Shown here piece by piece: positions 1 through 9,730 of a stretch of DNA of 64,000 nucleotides (position 1 is its first letter; each line of letters begins with the position of its first letter). The notes beneath the pieces are model-generated. The model searched no databases, had not been told where the DNA came from, and saw only the letters and a list, made by a program, of their open reading frames with translations. The stretch is from an uncultured Solirubrobacteraceae bacterium (GTDB lineage: Bacteria > Actinomycetota > Thermoleophilia > Solirubrobacterales > Solirubrobacteraceae): contig CAWDNA010000002.1 of NCBI GenBank assembly GCA_963803565.1, positions 14,247 through 78,246 on the forward strand, read 5' to 3'. The translations under genes were made by a program, and so were the position numbers.

Positions 1-300
1 GAGGTGGCCTCGATGAACGAGCTCTACCGGCGCCGGCGCGACCTCGTCTGCGACGCGCTGCGCGAGATCGGCGTCGACGTGCACCCGCCGCACGGGACGA
101 TCTACGTGTGGGCGCCCGTGCCCGAGGGCTTCGCGAGCTCGGCCGCCTACTGCGAGCACGTGCTCGAGCAGGCGGCGGTCGTGCTCTCGCCAGGCGCGAT
201 CTACGGACCGGCGGGGGAGGGCTGGTTTCGCATCTCGCTGACCACTCCCGACGATCGTCTGCTCGAGGCCGTGCAGCGGCTGGGGGCGCTCGCGCGCTGA
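1..300 (+). CDS. Class I/II PLP aminotransferase (LL-DAP aminotransferase-like), 3' part only
   Basis: YRRRRD..GTIYVW..PGAIYGPAGEGWFRISL is a typical fold-type I C-terminus; truncated by the window edge. Confidence 0.8.
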   Translation, partial: EVASMNELYRRRRDLVCDALREIGVDVHPPHGTIYVWAPVPEGFASSAAYCEHVLEQAAVVLSPGAIYGPAGEGWFRISLTTPDDRLLEAVQRLGALAR

Positions 301-397
301 GATTTTCGGGAGACGCCCGGCGGGCGGTTCATACGGCCGAAGCGGCACCGGTCATTGTCGCTGTCGGCATTCCAAGACCTCCTAGACTGATGGGTGG

Positions 398-1711
398 ATG
401 CAAAGAAGCCGCAACGGCCGCGCCGCCGTCACTGCGCGAGCGCCCGGCCTGGTAGCCAACGGGAGCGAGCCCACTCAGCGTGCCCGCCAGCGCGCCTTCT
501 GCATCGCGGCGCTGGCCGAGGGCGACGACCTCCAGGAGCTCGGCGAGCTGCTGCGCACAGCGGGGGTCGCGGTCGCCGGCGAGATGATCCAACGGCGCGA
601 GCAGGCACACCCCAACACCTACATCGGCCCGGGCAAGGTGCAGGAGGCCAGGGCCGCGGCGCTGGCCTGCGACGCAAACCTGATCGCCTGCGATGACGAG
701 CTGACGGCGCGCCAGGAGCGCAACCTGGAGGAGGCGCTCGGCCTGCCGGTGGTCGACCGCACGACGGTGATCCTCGACATCTTCGCCTCTCACGCCGGCA
801 GCGCTGAGGGCAAGCTCCAGGTGGAGCTCGCGCAGCTGGAGTACAACCTCGCTCGCATGCGCGGCCTGTGGAGCCACCTCGAGCGGCTCGGCGGCGGGAT
901 CGGCACCAGGGGACCGGGAGAGGCGCAGATCGAGACTGACCGCCGCCTCGCGCGCGACCGGATCGCGACGCTGCGCAGGCGCCTCGAGCACGTCAAGGGC
1001 ACGCGCGCCGTGCAGCGCGCCGAGCGCGAGCGGGCAGCGCTGCCGACCGTCGCGCTGGTCGGCTACACCAACGCCGGCAAGTCGACGCTCCTGAACGCGC
1101 TGACCGGCTCGCAGGTGGGGGTGCGCGATCGGCTCTTCCACACGCTCGACCCGACCACGCGCACGCTGCGCCTTGGCGGGCGACCGTATCTCCTGACGGA
1201 CACGGTCGGCTTCATCAGCAAGCTGCCCCACCAACTCGTTGACGCGTTCGCGGCGACGCTCGAGGAGACCAGCCGCGCGGAGCTGCTCGCCCACGTGCTC
1301 GATGCCTCCGCGCCCGAGGCCCAGCAGGAGGTGATGAAGCGCTCGGTGGAGCAGACCCTCGATGAGATCGGCGCGGGCGGACGCCCGCGCCTGCTGGTGC
1401 TGAACAAGATCGATCTGCTCGACGAGGCCGCCCGCGACGAGCTGCGTCTGCGCCACCCCGACGCGGTGCTCGTGAGCGGCGTGAGCGGCGAGGGCCTGGA
1501 GGAGCTCGGCCAGCGCATCGAGCGGGAGCTTGCGCACACGCTGCGCCCTGTCGAGCTGCTCGTTCCCTATGCCGACGGCGGCAGCCTGGCCGAGCTGCAC
1601 GAGCTGGCGGGCGAAGTCAGCCGCGAGGACACCCCCGAGGGGGTCCGCGTGCGCGCCCTCGTGCCCGCACGCCTGGCCGAGCGCTTCGCCCGGTTCGCCG
1701 TGGCGTCCTAA
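398..1711 (+). CDS. hflX: GTPase HflX
   Basis: GKLQVELAQLEY, GGGIGTRGPGE, GYTNAGKST, DTVGF and NKID motifs. Confidence 0.97.
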   Translation: MQRSRNGRAAVTARAPGLVANGSEPTQRARQRAFCIAALAEGDDLQELGELLRTAGVAVAGEMIQRREQAHPNTYIGPGKVQEARAAALACDANLIACDDELTARQERNLEEALGLPVVDRTTVILDIFASHAGSAEGKLQVELAQLEYNLARMRGLWSHLERLGGGIGTRGPGEAQIETDRRLARDRIATLRRRLEHVKGTRAVQRAERERAALPTVALVGYTNAGKSTLLNALTGSQVGVRDRLFHTLDPTTRTLRLGGRPYLLTDTVGFISKLPHQLVDAFAATLEETSRAELLAHVLDASAPEAQQEVMKRSVEQTLDEIGAGGRPRLLVLNKIDLLDEAARDELRLRHPDAVLVSGVSGEGLEELGQRIERELAHTLRPVELLVPYADGGSLAELHELAGEVSREDTPEGVRVRALVPARLAERFARFAVAS

Positions 1712-1758
1712 CGGTCCTCGCCGCTGGGCGAGGCATCCCCGGCGTTCGCGCGCTTGCG

Positions 1759-2085
1759 CTAGCGATTGTCGCCGCTGCCCGAGAGCACCCCGCGCCGCTG
1801 GCGCGAGAGCAGCTTCTCGAGGTTCGCGCCGGCGATCTCATCGAGCTCGAGTCCCAGCTCGCTGGCCAGCTGAGAGACGTACCAGAGGACGTCCCCGAGC
1901 TCCTTGGCCATCGCCCGGCGGCGCTCGTCGGTGATCTCGCCGCCGTCATCGCGGATCGCCTTCTTGGCATGCTCGGCGACCTCGCCCGCCTCGCCCGCGA
2001 GGCCGAGCGCGGGATAGCTCAGCCACGCCTCGCGTGGGTAGGCGGCGGTCCGGCGCGAGAGCTGCTGGTACTCGGAGAGCTCGAT
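1759..2085 (-). CDS. MazG-like NTP pyrophosphohydrolase (start codon reads ATC)
   Basis: LGLAGEAGEVAEHAKK..KELGDVLWY..NLEKLLSRQRRGVLSGSGDNR. Confidence 0.88.
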   Translation of the reverse strand: MELSEYQQLSRRTAAYPREAWLSYPALGLAGEAGEVAEHAKKAIRDDGGEITDERRRAMAKELGDVLWYVSQLASELGLELDEIAGANLEKLLSRQRRGVLSGSGDNR

Positions 2086-2182
2086 GGGCGCGATCGTAGC
2101 CGGGCGGGTGGACGATCGCCCGCGGCGAGTGCGGACTTTGCGCAGGCGACGCTCGCGCCCACGACCTCCGCCCAGCGGGCGC

Positions 2183-2956
2183 CTACACGCCAGCGGCGCG
2201 GCGCGCGCTGAGGTGGGCCTCGCGCTCAAGCGTGTCGTCCAGCGGGGCGAGCGCGTCCGGCTGCAGACCGAGAGCGCGGGCGATCAGCCAGTCGGCAAAC
2301 CACACATTCTTCGGCAGCAGCGGCCCGTGCAGGTAGGTGCCGATCGTGTTGGCGTCCCGCGCCCCCTCCAGGCCGCTGTGCCCGTCGTTGCCGTATCCCT
2401 TGAGCACGCGCCCGAGCGGCTTGACGCCCGCACCGAGCCGCGTGCGTCCGCCGTGGTTCTCAAAGCCGGCGAGCACGCGCGGCCTCGCCTCGCGCGGGTG
2501 CTCGTCCAGCGACACCTCGATCGCGACGTTGCCGATCAGCCGGGGCCCCTCCTCGCGCACGGTCTCCACGTCGAGCAGTCCGACACCAGGGATCTCCTCA
2601 CTGCCGAGCGTGTAGGAGCGGCCGAGCAGCTGGTAGCCGCCGCAGATGCCGAGCACGACCGCGCCGCGTGCGGCGGCGGCGTGCAGGGCGGCGCGCTTGG
2701 TCTCGATCAGGTCCTCGGCGCACAGGCGCTGGTCGCGATCCTGCCCGCCGCCGAGATAGAAGAGATCATGCGCCTCCGGCCGCAGCTGCTCGCCCAGTCC
2801 GCTGGAGCTCAGCTCGAACCCGATCCCGCGCCAGCTGCAGCGGCGCTCGAGCACGAGCAGGTTGCCGCGGTCGGCGTAGATGTTCATGAGCTCGGGGTAG
2901 AGCGCGCACACGCGCAGCGCCCGGCGCGCGCCCACCGGGCCGCCGTGGTCAGGCAC
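2183..2956 (-). CDS. gatD: GatD/CobQ-type glutamine amidotransferase (lipid II amidation)
   Basis: LYPELMNIYADRGN, GGGQDRDQ, ICGGYQLLG, GFENH, TYLHGPLLPKN; in operon with murT. Confidence 0.92.
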   Translation of the reverse strand: MPDHGGPVGARRALRVCALYPELMNIYADRGNLLVLERRCSWRGIGFELSSSGLGEQLRPEAHDLFYLGGGQDRDQRLCAEDLIETKRAALHAAAARGAVVLGICGGYQLLGRSYTLGSEEIPGVGLLDVETVREEGPRLIGNVAIEVSLDEHPREARPRVLAGFENHGGRTRLGAGVKPLGRVLKGYGNDGHSGLEGARDANTIGTYLHGPLLPKNVWFADWLIARALGLQPDALAPLDDTLEREAHLSARRAAGV

Positions 2957-3743
2957 GCAGCATCACCACCACGCTGCCGACGTGATCCTCGGTGGCGCCG
3001 ATCAGGCGCGCGGGTGCCGGCGTCAACCCCGCCTCGACTCCCTCGCGCTCGAGCTGGGATGCGCTGAGACGGTCGAGCTCGACGACGTCGAGCTCGCCGA
3101 CGGGCTGTCCGGGCTCGAGGATGCGCCGTTCGCGCTCGATCCGGATCCTGCGCAGGCCCACGTGCACAAGCGTCGCGCGGCTGCTGTAGACGGTCCGATC
3201 TATACAGGCGGTCTCGGCGGTCGGGCCGACATCGCCGGCGGCGCAGTCGAACGGCTCGAGGGCGGTGACGATCGCGCATGCGAGCAGCCCGCCGGGCCGC
3301 AGGTGCTCGCGGGCCCGGCGCAGGAACTCGCCTCGATGAGAGGAGCCACCGAACAGCTGGATCGTCTGCATCGGCACGATGCACAGCCGGAAGTCGCGTC
3401 GCTCGAGCTCGAACGCGCGCGCGTCGGCGCAGATCGTCTCGAGTGGCATCTCGCCGGCGCGCTCTGCCAGCACGCGGAGGAGCGCGGGGTCGCGCTCGAG
3501 CGCGCACACCCGGTGCCCGGCGCGTGCGAGGTCGAGCGCCACGCGTCCGGTGCCGGCGCCGATGTCGAGGATCGGACCGTCGCGCCTGCCTTCCGCCGGC
3601 GCGTCGGCCAGCTCCCGCCAGAGCGCCAGGTCGGCGCGGTAGGAGCCGCACTCGAGCTCGTGCCAGACGATCGCGCGAGCGAGTGGCCGCCCGCTCGCGC
3701 CGGCCGAGAGCGGCGGATCCTCCCGTGATCCGCTCACGACCAC
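2949..3743 (-). CDS. Class I SAM-dependent methyltransferase
   Basis: ILDIGAGTGR motif I; overlaps both murT and gatD. Confidence 0.85.
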   Translation of the reverse strand: MVVSGSREDPPLSAGASGRPLARAIVWHELECGSYRADLALWRELADAPAEGRRDGPILDIGAGTGRVALDLARAGHRVCALERDPALLRVLAERAGEMPLETICADARAFELERRDFRLCIVPMQTIQLFGGSSHRGEFLRRAREHLRPGGLLACAIVTALEPFDCAAGDVGPTAETACIDRTVYSSRATLVHVGLRRIRIERERRILEPGQPVGELDVVELDRLSASQLEREGVEAGLTPAPARLIGATEDHVGSVVVMLRA

Positions 3744-5143
3744 GCGCTGCTGGCCTCCCCGCGCGCCACGAGCAGCTCTCGCAGCGACAGCATCGCCGTG
3801 TAGGTCGGCAGCGCGTACAGCGGCGCATCCCCATCCGGCCTGTCGGCGGCGGCTTCGCTCAGCGCCGAGGCGAGATCGCGCTGCACGTGGATGCGGGCAG
3901 GGTCGATCCCCGCGTACTTCAGGCGCACCGCCAGCTCCGCCGCGCGCGTCCCGCTACAGGTCAGCCGGCGGACCCTGCCCGCGAGCAGCTCGAAGTCCGC
4001 ATCCCATATCCACGACACGTCGCGCCCGTCGGCGATGTTGTCGTTGAGCACCCCGAGCACGTCGTGCTCGCCGGGCTCGAGCGCCAGCGTGCGCAGCACC
4101 TCGTTGGCGCCGGCGGGGTTCTTGACGAGCATGATCTGCAGCTCGCGCGTCGGCGGCTGCCCGCCCGCGCTCGCGCCGGGGATCGCCACGCTGACGCTCT
4201 CGGCGCGGCCGAAGGCGGCCCTCGTGCGCGCGAGCCCCTCCACGATGCTCTGCAGCGGCACCTCCAGCGCGCTCGCGAGCGCCGCGGCGGCGAGCGCGTT
4301 GTAGACGTTGTAGAGCCCCGGCAGCGCGAGCTCGACCTGGGCCTGCCCGGTCGGGGTGTGCAGGGTGAAGCGGGCGGCGCGCACGCCCGCGAGCGTCACG
4401 TCGGTGGCGATCACGGTGGGCTGCGGCCTGCCCAGCCCGCAGCTCGGGCAGTGGTAGCGACCGAGATGCCCGAGGTAGATCGCGTCGAACACGTAGGGTG
4501 CGCCGCAGCTGCGACAGTGCTTGGCGTCTGCCGCGTGCGCCATCCCCGCCAGCGCCAGCGAGTCGTCCTGAAGTCCGAAGTAGAGCGCGTCCGCGCGCTC
4601 CCGGCCGAGGTCTGCGATCAGCGGGTCATCGGCGTTGAGAACGAGCTGGGAATGACCCTCGCCGAGCACCCGCTCCCAGCTTTCGGCGATCGTCTCGAGC
4701 TCGCCGTAGCGGTCGAGCTGGTCGCGGAAGAGGTTTCCGAGCAGGATCGCGCGGGGGTGCAGCTGCTCGGCCACGGATGCCAGCCACAACTCGTCCACCT
4801 CGAACAGCCCGAGCTCGCCGGCGATGCCCCCGCCGGGACGGGCGGCCGCCAGCAGGGTCGTGGCGATCCCTCCGGCCATGTTCGCGCCAGCCTGATTGTG
4901 GACGAGCGTTACGCCGGCGTGCTCGAAGATGCCTGCGGCCATCGTCGCGGTGGTGGTCTTGCCGTTGGTGGCCGAAACGAGCACGCTGCCGCGCTCGAGG
5001 CGGGCGCCGAGTGCCCCGATCGCGTCCGGCTGCAGGCGCATGAGGACCTTCCCGGGCATGCTCGTGGCGCCGCCGCCGCGCATCCGCGACAGCGCGCCCA
5101 CGGCCCGCGCCAGCGCGAGCTTGGGGGCGAGGGTGTCCGCCAT
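3734..5143 (-). CDS. murT: MurT ligase (Mur ligase plus DUF1727 domain)
   Basis: TNGKTTT, FEVDE, NLFRDQLDRYGE, CxxC..CxxC zinc finger, DGRDVSWIWD, PTYTAML. Confidence 0.93.
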   Translation of the reverse strand: MADTLAPKLALARAVGALSRMRGGGATSMPGKVLMRLQPDAIGALGARLERGSVLVSATNGKTTTATMAAGIFEHAGVTLVHNQAGANMAGGIATTLLAAARPGGGIAGELGLFEVDELWLASVAEQLHPRAILLGNLFRDQLDRYGELETIAESWERVLGEGHSQLVLNADDPLIADLGRERADALYFGLQDDSLALAGMAHAADAKHCRSCGAPYVFDAIYLGHLGRYHCPSCGLGRPQPTVIATDVTLAGVRAARFTLHTPTGQAQVELALPGLYNVYNALAAAALASALEVPLQSIVEGLARTRAAFGRAESVSVAIPGASAGGQPPTRELQIMLVKNPAGANEVLRTLALEPGEHDVLGVLNDNIADGRDVSWIWDADFELLAGRVRRLTCSGTRAAELAVRLKYAGIDPARIHVQRDLASALSEAAADRPDGDAPLYALPTYTAMLSLRELLVARGEASSAWS

Positions 5144-6165
5144 CAGCTGCCCGCCGCGGACTCGTCGGGAGCGCTCGCCGGCGTGACTGGCGGAGGAGAC
5201 GGCTCGCTGGCGAGGGAGAGGGGGGAGGGCTCGCCGAAGGGCGAATCGGCCGGCGCGGTGGCGGGCGTGAGCATCGTGACCGCGCCGCGCAGGGCGCGAA
5301 CCCGCACCGGAAGATCGCCGATCGGGTCGCCGTCTGCGTACATCGTGAAGGGGCGCTCCGCGCTGATCGTTATCTCGGCGGCCCGGAAGACATGCACGCA
5401 CGGCTCCTCCACGTAGCTGCCGCTGAACACCTTCGGAAATACCCTCGTCAGGAACCTGAGCTTGCCCACGCTTTCGCAAACCACCACATCGAGCAGGCCG
5501 TCGTCGAGCAGCGCGTCCGGCGCGGCGCGCATCCCGCCGCCGTAGGCCTTCGAGTTGCACGCTCCGATCGAATAGGCGCTGAAGCGGTGGCGCTCACCCG
5601 GCGGGTCGAGCTCGAGCTCGAAGCGAGCGGGATGCCAGGCGAGCAGTGCGCGCAGCGCACCGTAGGCGTACACGAGTCCGCCGAGCCATGCGGGAGCCTC
5701 GTTTGCGATGCGGTTCGCTTCGCTGTCGAAGCCCACGGAGGCGATACCCACGAAAGCGCGGTCGCGCGCACCGGGGCGCGACTCGCTGACCAGGCCGAGG
5801 TCGACGGGCCGTGGAATCCCGTGCGCGATCGTGGCGCACGCCTCCACCGCGTCCTCCGGGATGCCGAGGACGCGCGCCAGATCGTTGCCACGGCCGCCCG
5901 GGAGCACGCCCAGGACCGCGCCCGGCACCTCGCGCAGGGCGTCCGCCAGGGCGCCGACCATGCCGTCACCGCTGAGTGCTGCGATCGTCTCGCCGCGCTT
6001 AGCCGCCGCGCGGGCCAGCTCGCGTGCGTGGTCGAGATCGCGCGTATCAACGCGGCGCACGGTCAGTCCGTGTCCACGCAGCGTCCGCTGCACCTCCGCC
6101 GCGAGGCGGCCTGCCTTGCCGCCGCCGGCGGCGGGGTTGACGATCAGGCAGACGGGTGCGGCCAC
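5143..6165 (-). CDS. Diacylglycerol/lipid kinase family (YegS/DAGK)
   Basis: IVNPAAGGG, SGDG, PGGRGNDLAR, YGGGM, DDGLLDV, ADGD. Confidence 0.92.
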   Translation of the reverse strand: MAAPVCLIVNPAAGGGKAGRLAAEVQRTLRGHGLTVRRVDTRDLDHARELARAAAKRGETIAALSGDGMVGALADALREVPGAVLGVLPGGRGNDLARVLGIPEDAVEACATIAHGIPRPVDLGLVSESRPGARDRAFVGIASVGFDSEANRIANEAPAWLGGLVYAYGALRALLAWHPARFELELDPPGERHRFSAYSIGACNSKAYGGGMRAAPDALLDDGLLDVVVCESVGKLRFLTRVFPKVFSGSYVEEPCVHVFRAAEITISAERPFTMYADGDPIGDLPVRVRALRGAVTMLTPATAPADSPFGEPSPLSLASEPSPPPVTPASAPDESAAGS

Positions 6166-6234
6166 GGGGCTAGCGTAGTGTCCCGCGGCGCCGGCGAGGC
6201 GCCGCGGGCTCTCGCGCCGGCCCGCCGGTGCAGA

Positions 6235-6825
6235 TCAGCTGCGCGCCCGGTCGCGGCGACGCCGCCCGACTGCCGCGATCACGCCCAGGACGGCGACCAC
6301 CAGGAACAGGCCGAGCAGGATCCCGGGGGCCAGCCCGAGCCCGCCGAACGGCAGCGCGATCAGCTCGACGAGCCCCAGCCCGATCGCCAGCAGCACCAGG
6401 ATCAGGGCGATGATGAGCAGGACGCCTCGCACGCGTACGAGGATCCCGGCCGATTTCGGGGGAATCAGAAGGCCCATCGCGCGCAGGGCGAGCATCTGCC
6501 GGCCGCTCGGCGGCGCCTGGCCGAGCCGCTCGACCGCATCCTTCAGGTCGCCGGCGCGACGTTCGGCCAGCGCGAGCGACGCGTCCGCCATGCGCCGGAT
6601 CTGCATGCGCTCCTGCGGACGCGCGGCGGCGATGGCGCGCTGGAAGTAGGCCCGTGCCGCCTCCGCGTCGAAGCGCTCGGACGCCCTGGCTCCCAGGATG
6701 GCCATCGCGGCGGCCTTATATTTCGTCTCGGCCTCGAGCTCCTCGTCCGAGCGCTGTTCGAGCGCCTGGATTGCCTCAAGGGAGCCGCGCTGCTCGAGGC
6801 GGACCTGGCGTTGTTTGGGGGCCAT
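6235..6825 (-). CDS. Hypothetical membrane protein (helical N-terminus, two C-terminal TM segments)
   Basis: Coding-like ORF starting MAPKQRQ; TAGAAT -10 just upstream; hydrophobic segments. Confidence 0.7.
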   Translation of the reverse strand: MAPKQRQVRLEQRGSLEAIQALEQRSDEELEAETKYKAAAMAILGARASERFDAEAARAYFQRAIAAARPQERMQIRRMADASLALAERRAGDLKDAVERLGQAPPSGRQMLALRAMGLLIPPKSAGILVRVRGVLLIIALILVLLAIGLGLVELIALPFGGLGLAPGILLGLFLVVAVLGVIAAVGRRRRDRARS

Positions 6826-6945
6826 GGCCGGCCATTCTATGGTTTGCGTCGTCGCTGCGCCCGCGCTGGCTGCGCCCCCGGCCGCGCCTGGCATGCGCCC
6901 GCGCGTGTGCGCGGCGCGGGGTCTCACAGGCGCTATGCTCGCGGC

Positions 6946-7380
6946 GTGTCGCGGCCACGTTCAAACTGCTCCGCCCGGCGCGCTGCGGCGTGCTCTCTAT
7001 GTGTTGCGCTCGCGCTCGCGCTCGCGGCCCTCAGCCCTGCGGCGGCCGTCTCTGCCGGGCTGGGCGGCGGCTCCTTCAGTGAACTGACCCAGGGAGCACC
7101 GGAAACCACCACGACGACGCCGACGACATCCACGACGACCTCCACGGAAACGACGACGTCGCCATCCAAAACGAAAACCGTCGTCCTGCTCGCGCTCGTC
7201 GCGGCCGTGCTGCTGCTCTCGGGGATCGCGTTCATGATCGTGCGAGACGCGCGCCGGGTGGCGCCCGCCGGCGACCCCGATCTGGTGGAACGCAGCTCGG
7301 AGCACGATACGGCCGTCAGGCTGCGCAAGCGACGGGCCAAGGCGAAGGCCGCGCGCCAGCAGCGCAAGCGCAACCGCTAG
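6946..7380 (+). CDS. Hypothetical exported protein with Thr-rich linker, TM and basic tail
   Basis: TATGCT-N6-GTG leaderless start; signal-like stretch, poly-Thr, TM. Confidence 0.65.
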   Translation: MSRPRSNCSARRAAACSLCVALALALAALSPAAAVSAGLGGGSFSELTQGAPETTTTTPTTSTTTSTETTTSPSKTKTVVLLALVAAVLLLSGIAFMIVRDARRVAPAGDPDLVERSSEHDTAVRLRKRRAKAKAARQQRKRNR

Positions 7381-7431
7381 GCGCCACCGCCGCAACCGCT
7401 AGGAGCCGCTACGCGGCCCGGCGAGCCCCCG

Positions 7432-7734
7432 CTAGTAGACCCGCACGCGCCGCCGCACGCTGCTCACCGGCGTGCGAGCGCGGCGCGGGGCGGGAGGGGC
7501 GGGGGAGCCGTGCGGGCCGCGTCGTGGCGTGCGCGGGAGCGGCGTGCGGGGGTGGGGATCGTAGGGGCTGCCGGGCAGCGCCTTGGAGCCGCCGTCCTCT
7601 TCGGAGTCAGATGAGTCCGGGATGTCCCGGGACTGCATCGCCTCGTCGTTGCGGAAGGGTATCCACAGCAGCAATCCGGCGAGCGGAAGCTTGATCAGCG
7701 TGGCGAACAGCAGGATCCACACCCACAGCGGCAT
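7432..7734 (-). CDS. Small hypothetical membrane protein
   Basis: MPLWVWILLFATLIKLPLAGLLLWIPF followed by a Pro/Arg-rich tail. Confidence 0.55.
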   Translation of the reverse strand: MPLWVWILLFATLIKLPLAGLLLWIPFRNDEAMQSRDIPDSSDSEEDGGSKALPGSPYDPHPRTPLPRTPRRGPHGSPAPPAPRRARTPVSSVRRRVRVY

Positions 7735-7761
7735 ATCTGAGAGCGATGCTACTACTGCGCT

Positions 7762-8484
7762 GTGCAATCGCAAAGCCCGACCGAGCTGGCGCGGCTGGCG
7801 GGGGAGATCGTCGCCTGCCGGCGCTGTCCGCGCCTGGTCGCCTGGCGCGAGCAGGTCGCGCGCGAGCGCCGGGCGGCCTTCACTGGCGAGGAGTACTGGG
7901 GACGCCCGCTGCCGGGCTTCGGCGATCCCGCCGCGCGGCTGCTCATCCTCGGTCTCGCGCCGGCCGCGCACGGCGCCAACCGCACGGGGCGCATGTTCAC
8001 CGGCGACCGCTCGGGCGACTTCCTGTTCGCGGCGCTCGCGCGAACCGGCCTTGCCAACCAGCCGGTCGCGCGCGCGCGTGGCGACGGGCTGGAGCTGAGC
8101 GGCGTCTGGATTACCGCGGCGGTTCGCTGCGCGCCGCCCGCCAACCGTCCGACCCCCGCCGAGCGTGACGCCTGTCTGCCCTGGAGCGTGCGCGAACTGG
8201 CGCTGATGAGCGACGTGCGGGTGCTGCTCTGCCTGGGCGCCTTTGCCTGGGATGCCGCGCTGCGCCTGCGCGCCGCGCGGGCGGGGGAGGGGGTTGCGCG
8301 GCCGCAGCCTCTGCCACGACCGCGGCCGCGCTTCGGCCACGGCGCCGAGCTGGAGGGCGAGCGCTACACGCTGATCGGCTGCTATCACCCGAGCCAGCAG
8401 AACACGTTCACCGGCCGGCTCACCGAGCCCATGATCGACGCCGTGCTCGAGCGCGCGCGAGCGCTGGCCGAGCGGGGCGGCTGA
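7762..8484 (+). CDS. udgB: Uracil-DNA glycosylase family 5 (UdgB-like, Fe-S)
   Basis: [32 protein letters not shown]. Confidence 0.93.
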   Translation: MQSQSPTELARLAGEIVACRRCPRLVAWREQVARERRAAFTGEEYWGRPLPGFGDPAARLLILGLAPAAHGANRTGRMFTGDRSGDFLFAALARTGLANQPVARARGDGLELSGVWITAAVRCAPPANRPTPAERDACLPWSVRELALMSDVRVLLCLGAFAWDAALRLRAARAGEGVARPQPLPRPRPRFGHGAELEGERYTLIGCYHPSQQNTFTGRLTEPMIDAVLERARALAERGG

Positions 8485-8611
8485 CGTTCGTCCAGCGCGG
8501 GGCATCTGCCTCGGGCGCCGACGGCGCCGGCCGCTACAGTCTCAGTCACTGGCAGCAAAAGCGGCCACGCTCGTTCTTCTCAGTCGGGCGTGAGCCTGGC
8601 AGGGAGGACCG

Positions 8612-9139
8612 ATGAAGAGCGTGATCGCAGCGATGGTGGCAGTACTGGCGACGCTCGTGGCCGCCAACATGCTGGGCGTCGCGGCCGCCGAAGCGCCGAC
8701 GACGGCCACGCCGGCGCGCACTGTCAGCGTCGAGGGCGTGGCCAGCGTGCCGATCGCGCAGGGCTCCACCGCAGCCGCGGCGAACGCGGTCTATCGCCAG
8801 GGGATGGCCGCAGCCGTGGCCGACGGGCAGAGCAAGGCGGAATTCCTCGCCGGCAAGGGCGGTGCGACGCTCGGAAGCGTGCAGAGCATCGTCGAGGGCG
8901 GCGGCTACATCCAGTGCATCGGCGGCGAAGAATCCGTCGAATACGACGGCGAACAGCCCGACTTCGGCTCGGGGGCCTCGACCTCCTCCGTCGCCCCAGC
9001 GCTGGCGGCCCCGGCGATCCACAAACCCGCGCTCAAACACCGAAAGTCCCACCCGGCACCGGCGCCCGTTGCCAAACCGGCCAGCGCGACGAGCTGCACG
9101 CTCGGCACGCAGGTCTCGCTCATCTACACGCTCGACTGA
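8612..9139 (+). CDS. Secreted SIMPL (DUF541)-like protein
   Basis: Signal peptide; RTVSVEG..AVADGQSKAEFLA..LGSVQSIVE; GGAGG RBS. Confidence 0.7.
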   Translation: MKSVIAAMVAVLATLVAANMLGVAAAEAPTTATPARTVSVEGVASVPIAQGSTAAAANAVYRQGMAAAVADGQSKAEFLAGKGGATLGSVQSIVEGGGYIQCIGGEESVEYDGEQPDFGSGASTSSVAPALAAPAIHKPALKHRKSHPAPAPVAKPASATSCTLGTQVSLIYTLD

Positions 9140-9223
9140 CCAGATTGCGCGCCGGCAGCCCGTGTCCCGGCGCGGAACCCCGAGGACCGGGTGCGGCGCC
9201 CGGCGGACTAACCTAAGGCTTCG

Positions 9224-9682
9224 ATGGCCTACACGACCGCCGACGCCAGGCATCAGCTCCTCGACACGCTCGCGGAGGCCGTCGAGCAGCTCGGCCTGGC
9301 GCTGGCGTCGCTGAGCGAGGCCTACGAGCAGCTCGACGAACGCACGGCGGAGAAGCTCGAAGAGGAGCTATTCCGGCCCGTTCAGGTCGCCTACGGGCGG
9401 GCCAAGCGCACGCACGCGGAGTTCGCCGACCGCCACGGCCTGAGCGGCCGCGAGTTCCAACCCGCCATCCCGGGCGCTCCCTCGCAGGGCGTCAAGGGCT
9501 TTGTGAGCAGCGCCGTCGACGCCGTCAACCGCGCCGACGCGACGCTCGCCACGCTCCAGGACTCGATGCTCCCCGTCGAGGTCGGAGACCCGCAGCTGAG
9601 GGCCGGCCTCGAGGACGTGCGTGCGCTGCTCGATCACCTGAGCGTACGTGCCCACGAGCTGGTGCGCACGTTCGGCCGCTAG
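9224..9682 (+). CDS. Hypothetical all-helical protein
   Basis: Strong GC3 codon bias; no motif recognised. Confidence 0.7.
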   Translation: MAYTTADARHQLLDTLAEAVEQLGLALASLSEAYEQLDERTAEKLEEELFRPVQVAYGRAKRTHAEFADRHGLSGREFQPAIPGAPSQGVKGFVSSAVDAVNRADATLATLQDSMLPVEVGDPQLRAGLEDVRALLDHLSVRAHELVRTFGR

Positions 9683-9730
9683 CTTCGCGCCTCGGCCGCC
9701 GGCTTCGCCCTCGGCCGCTAGCCTCGCGCC

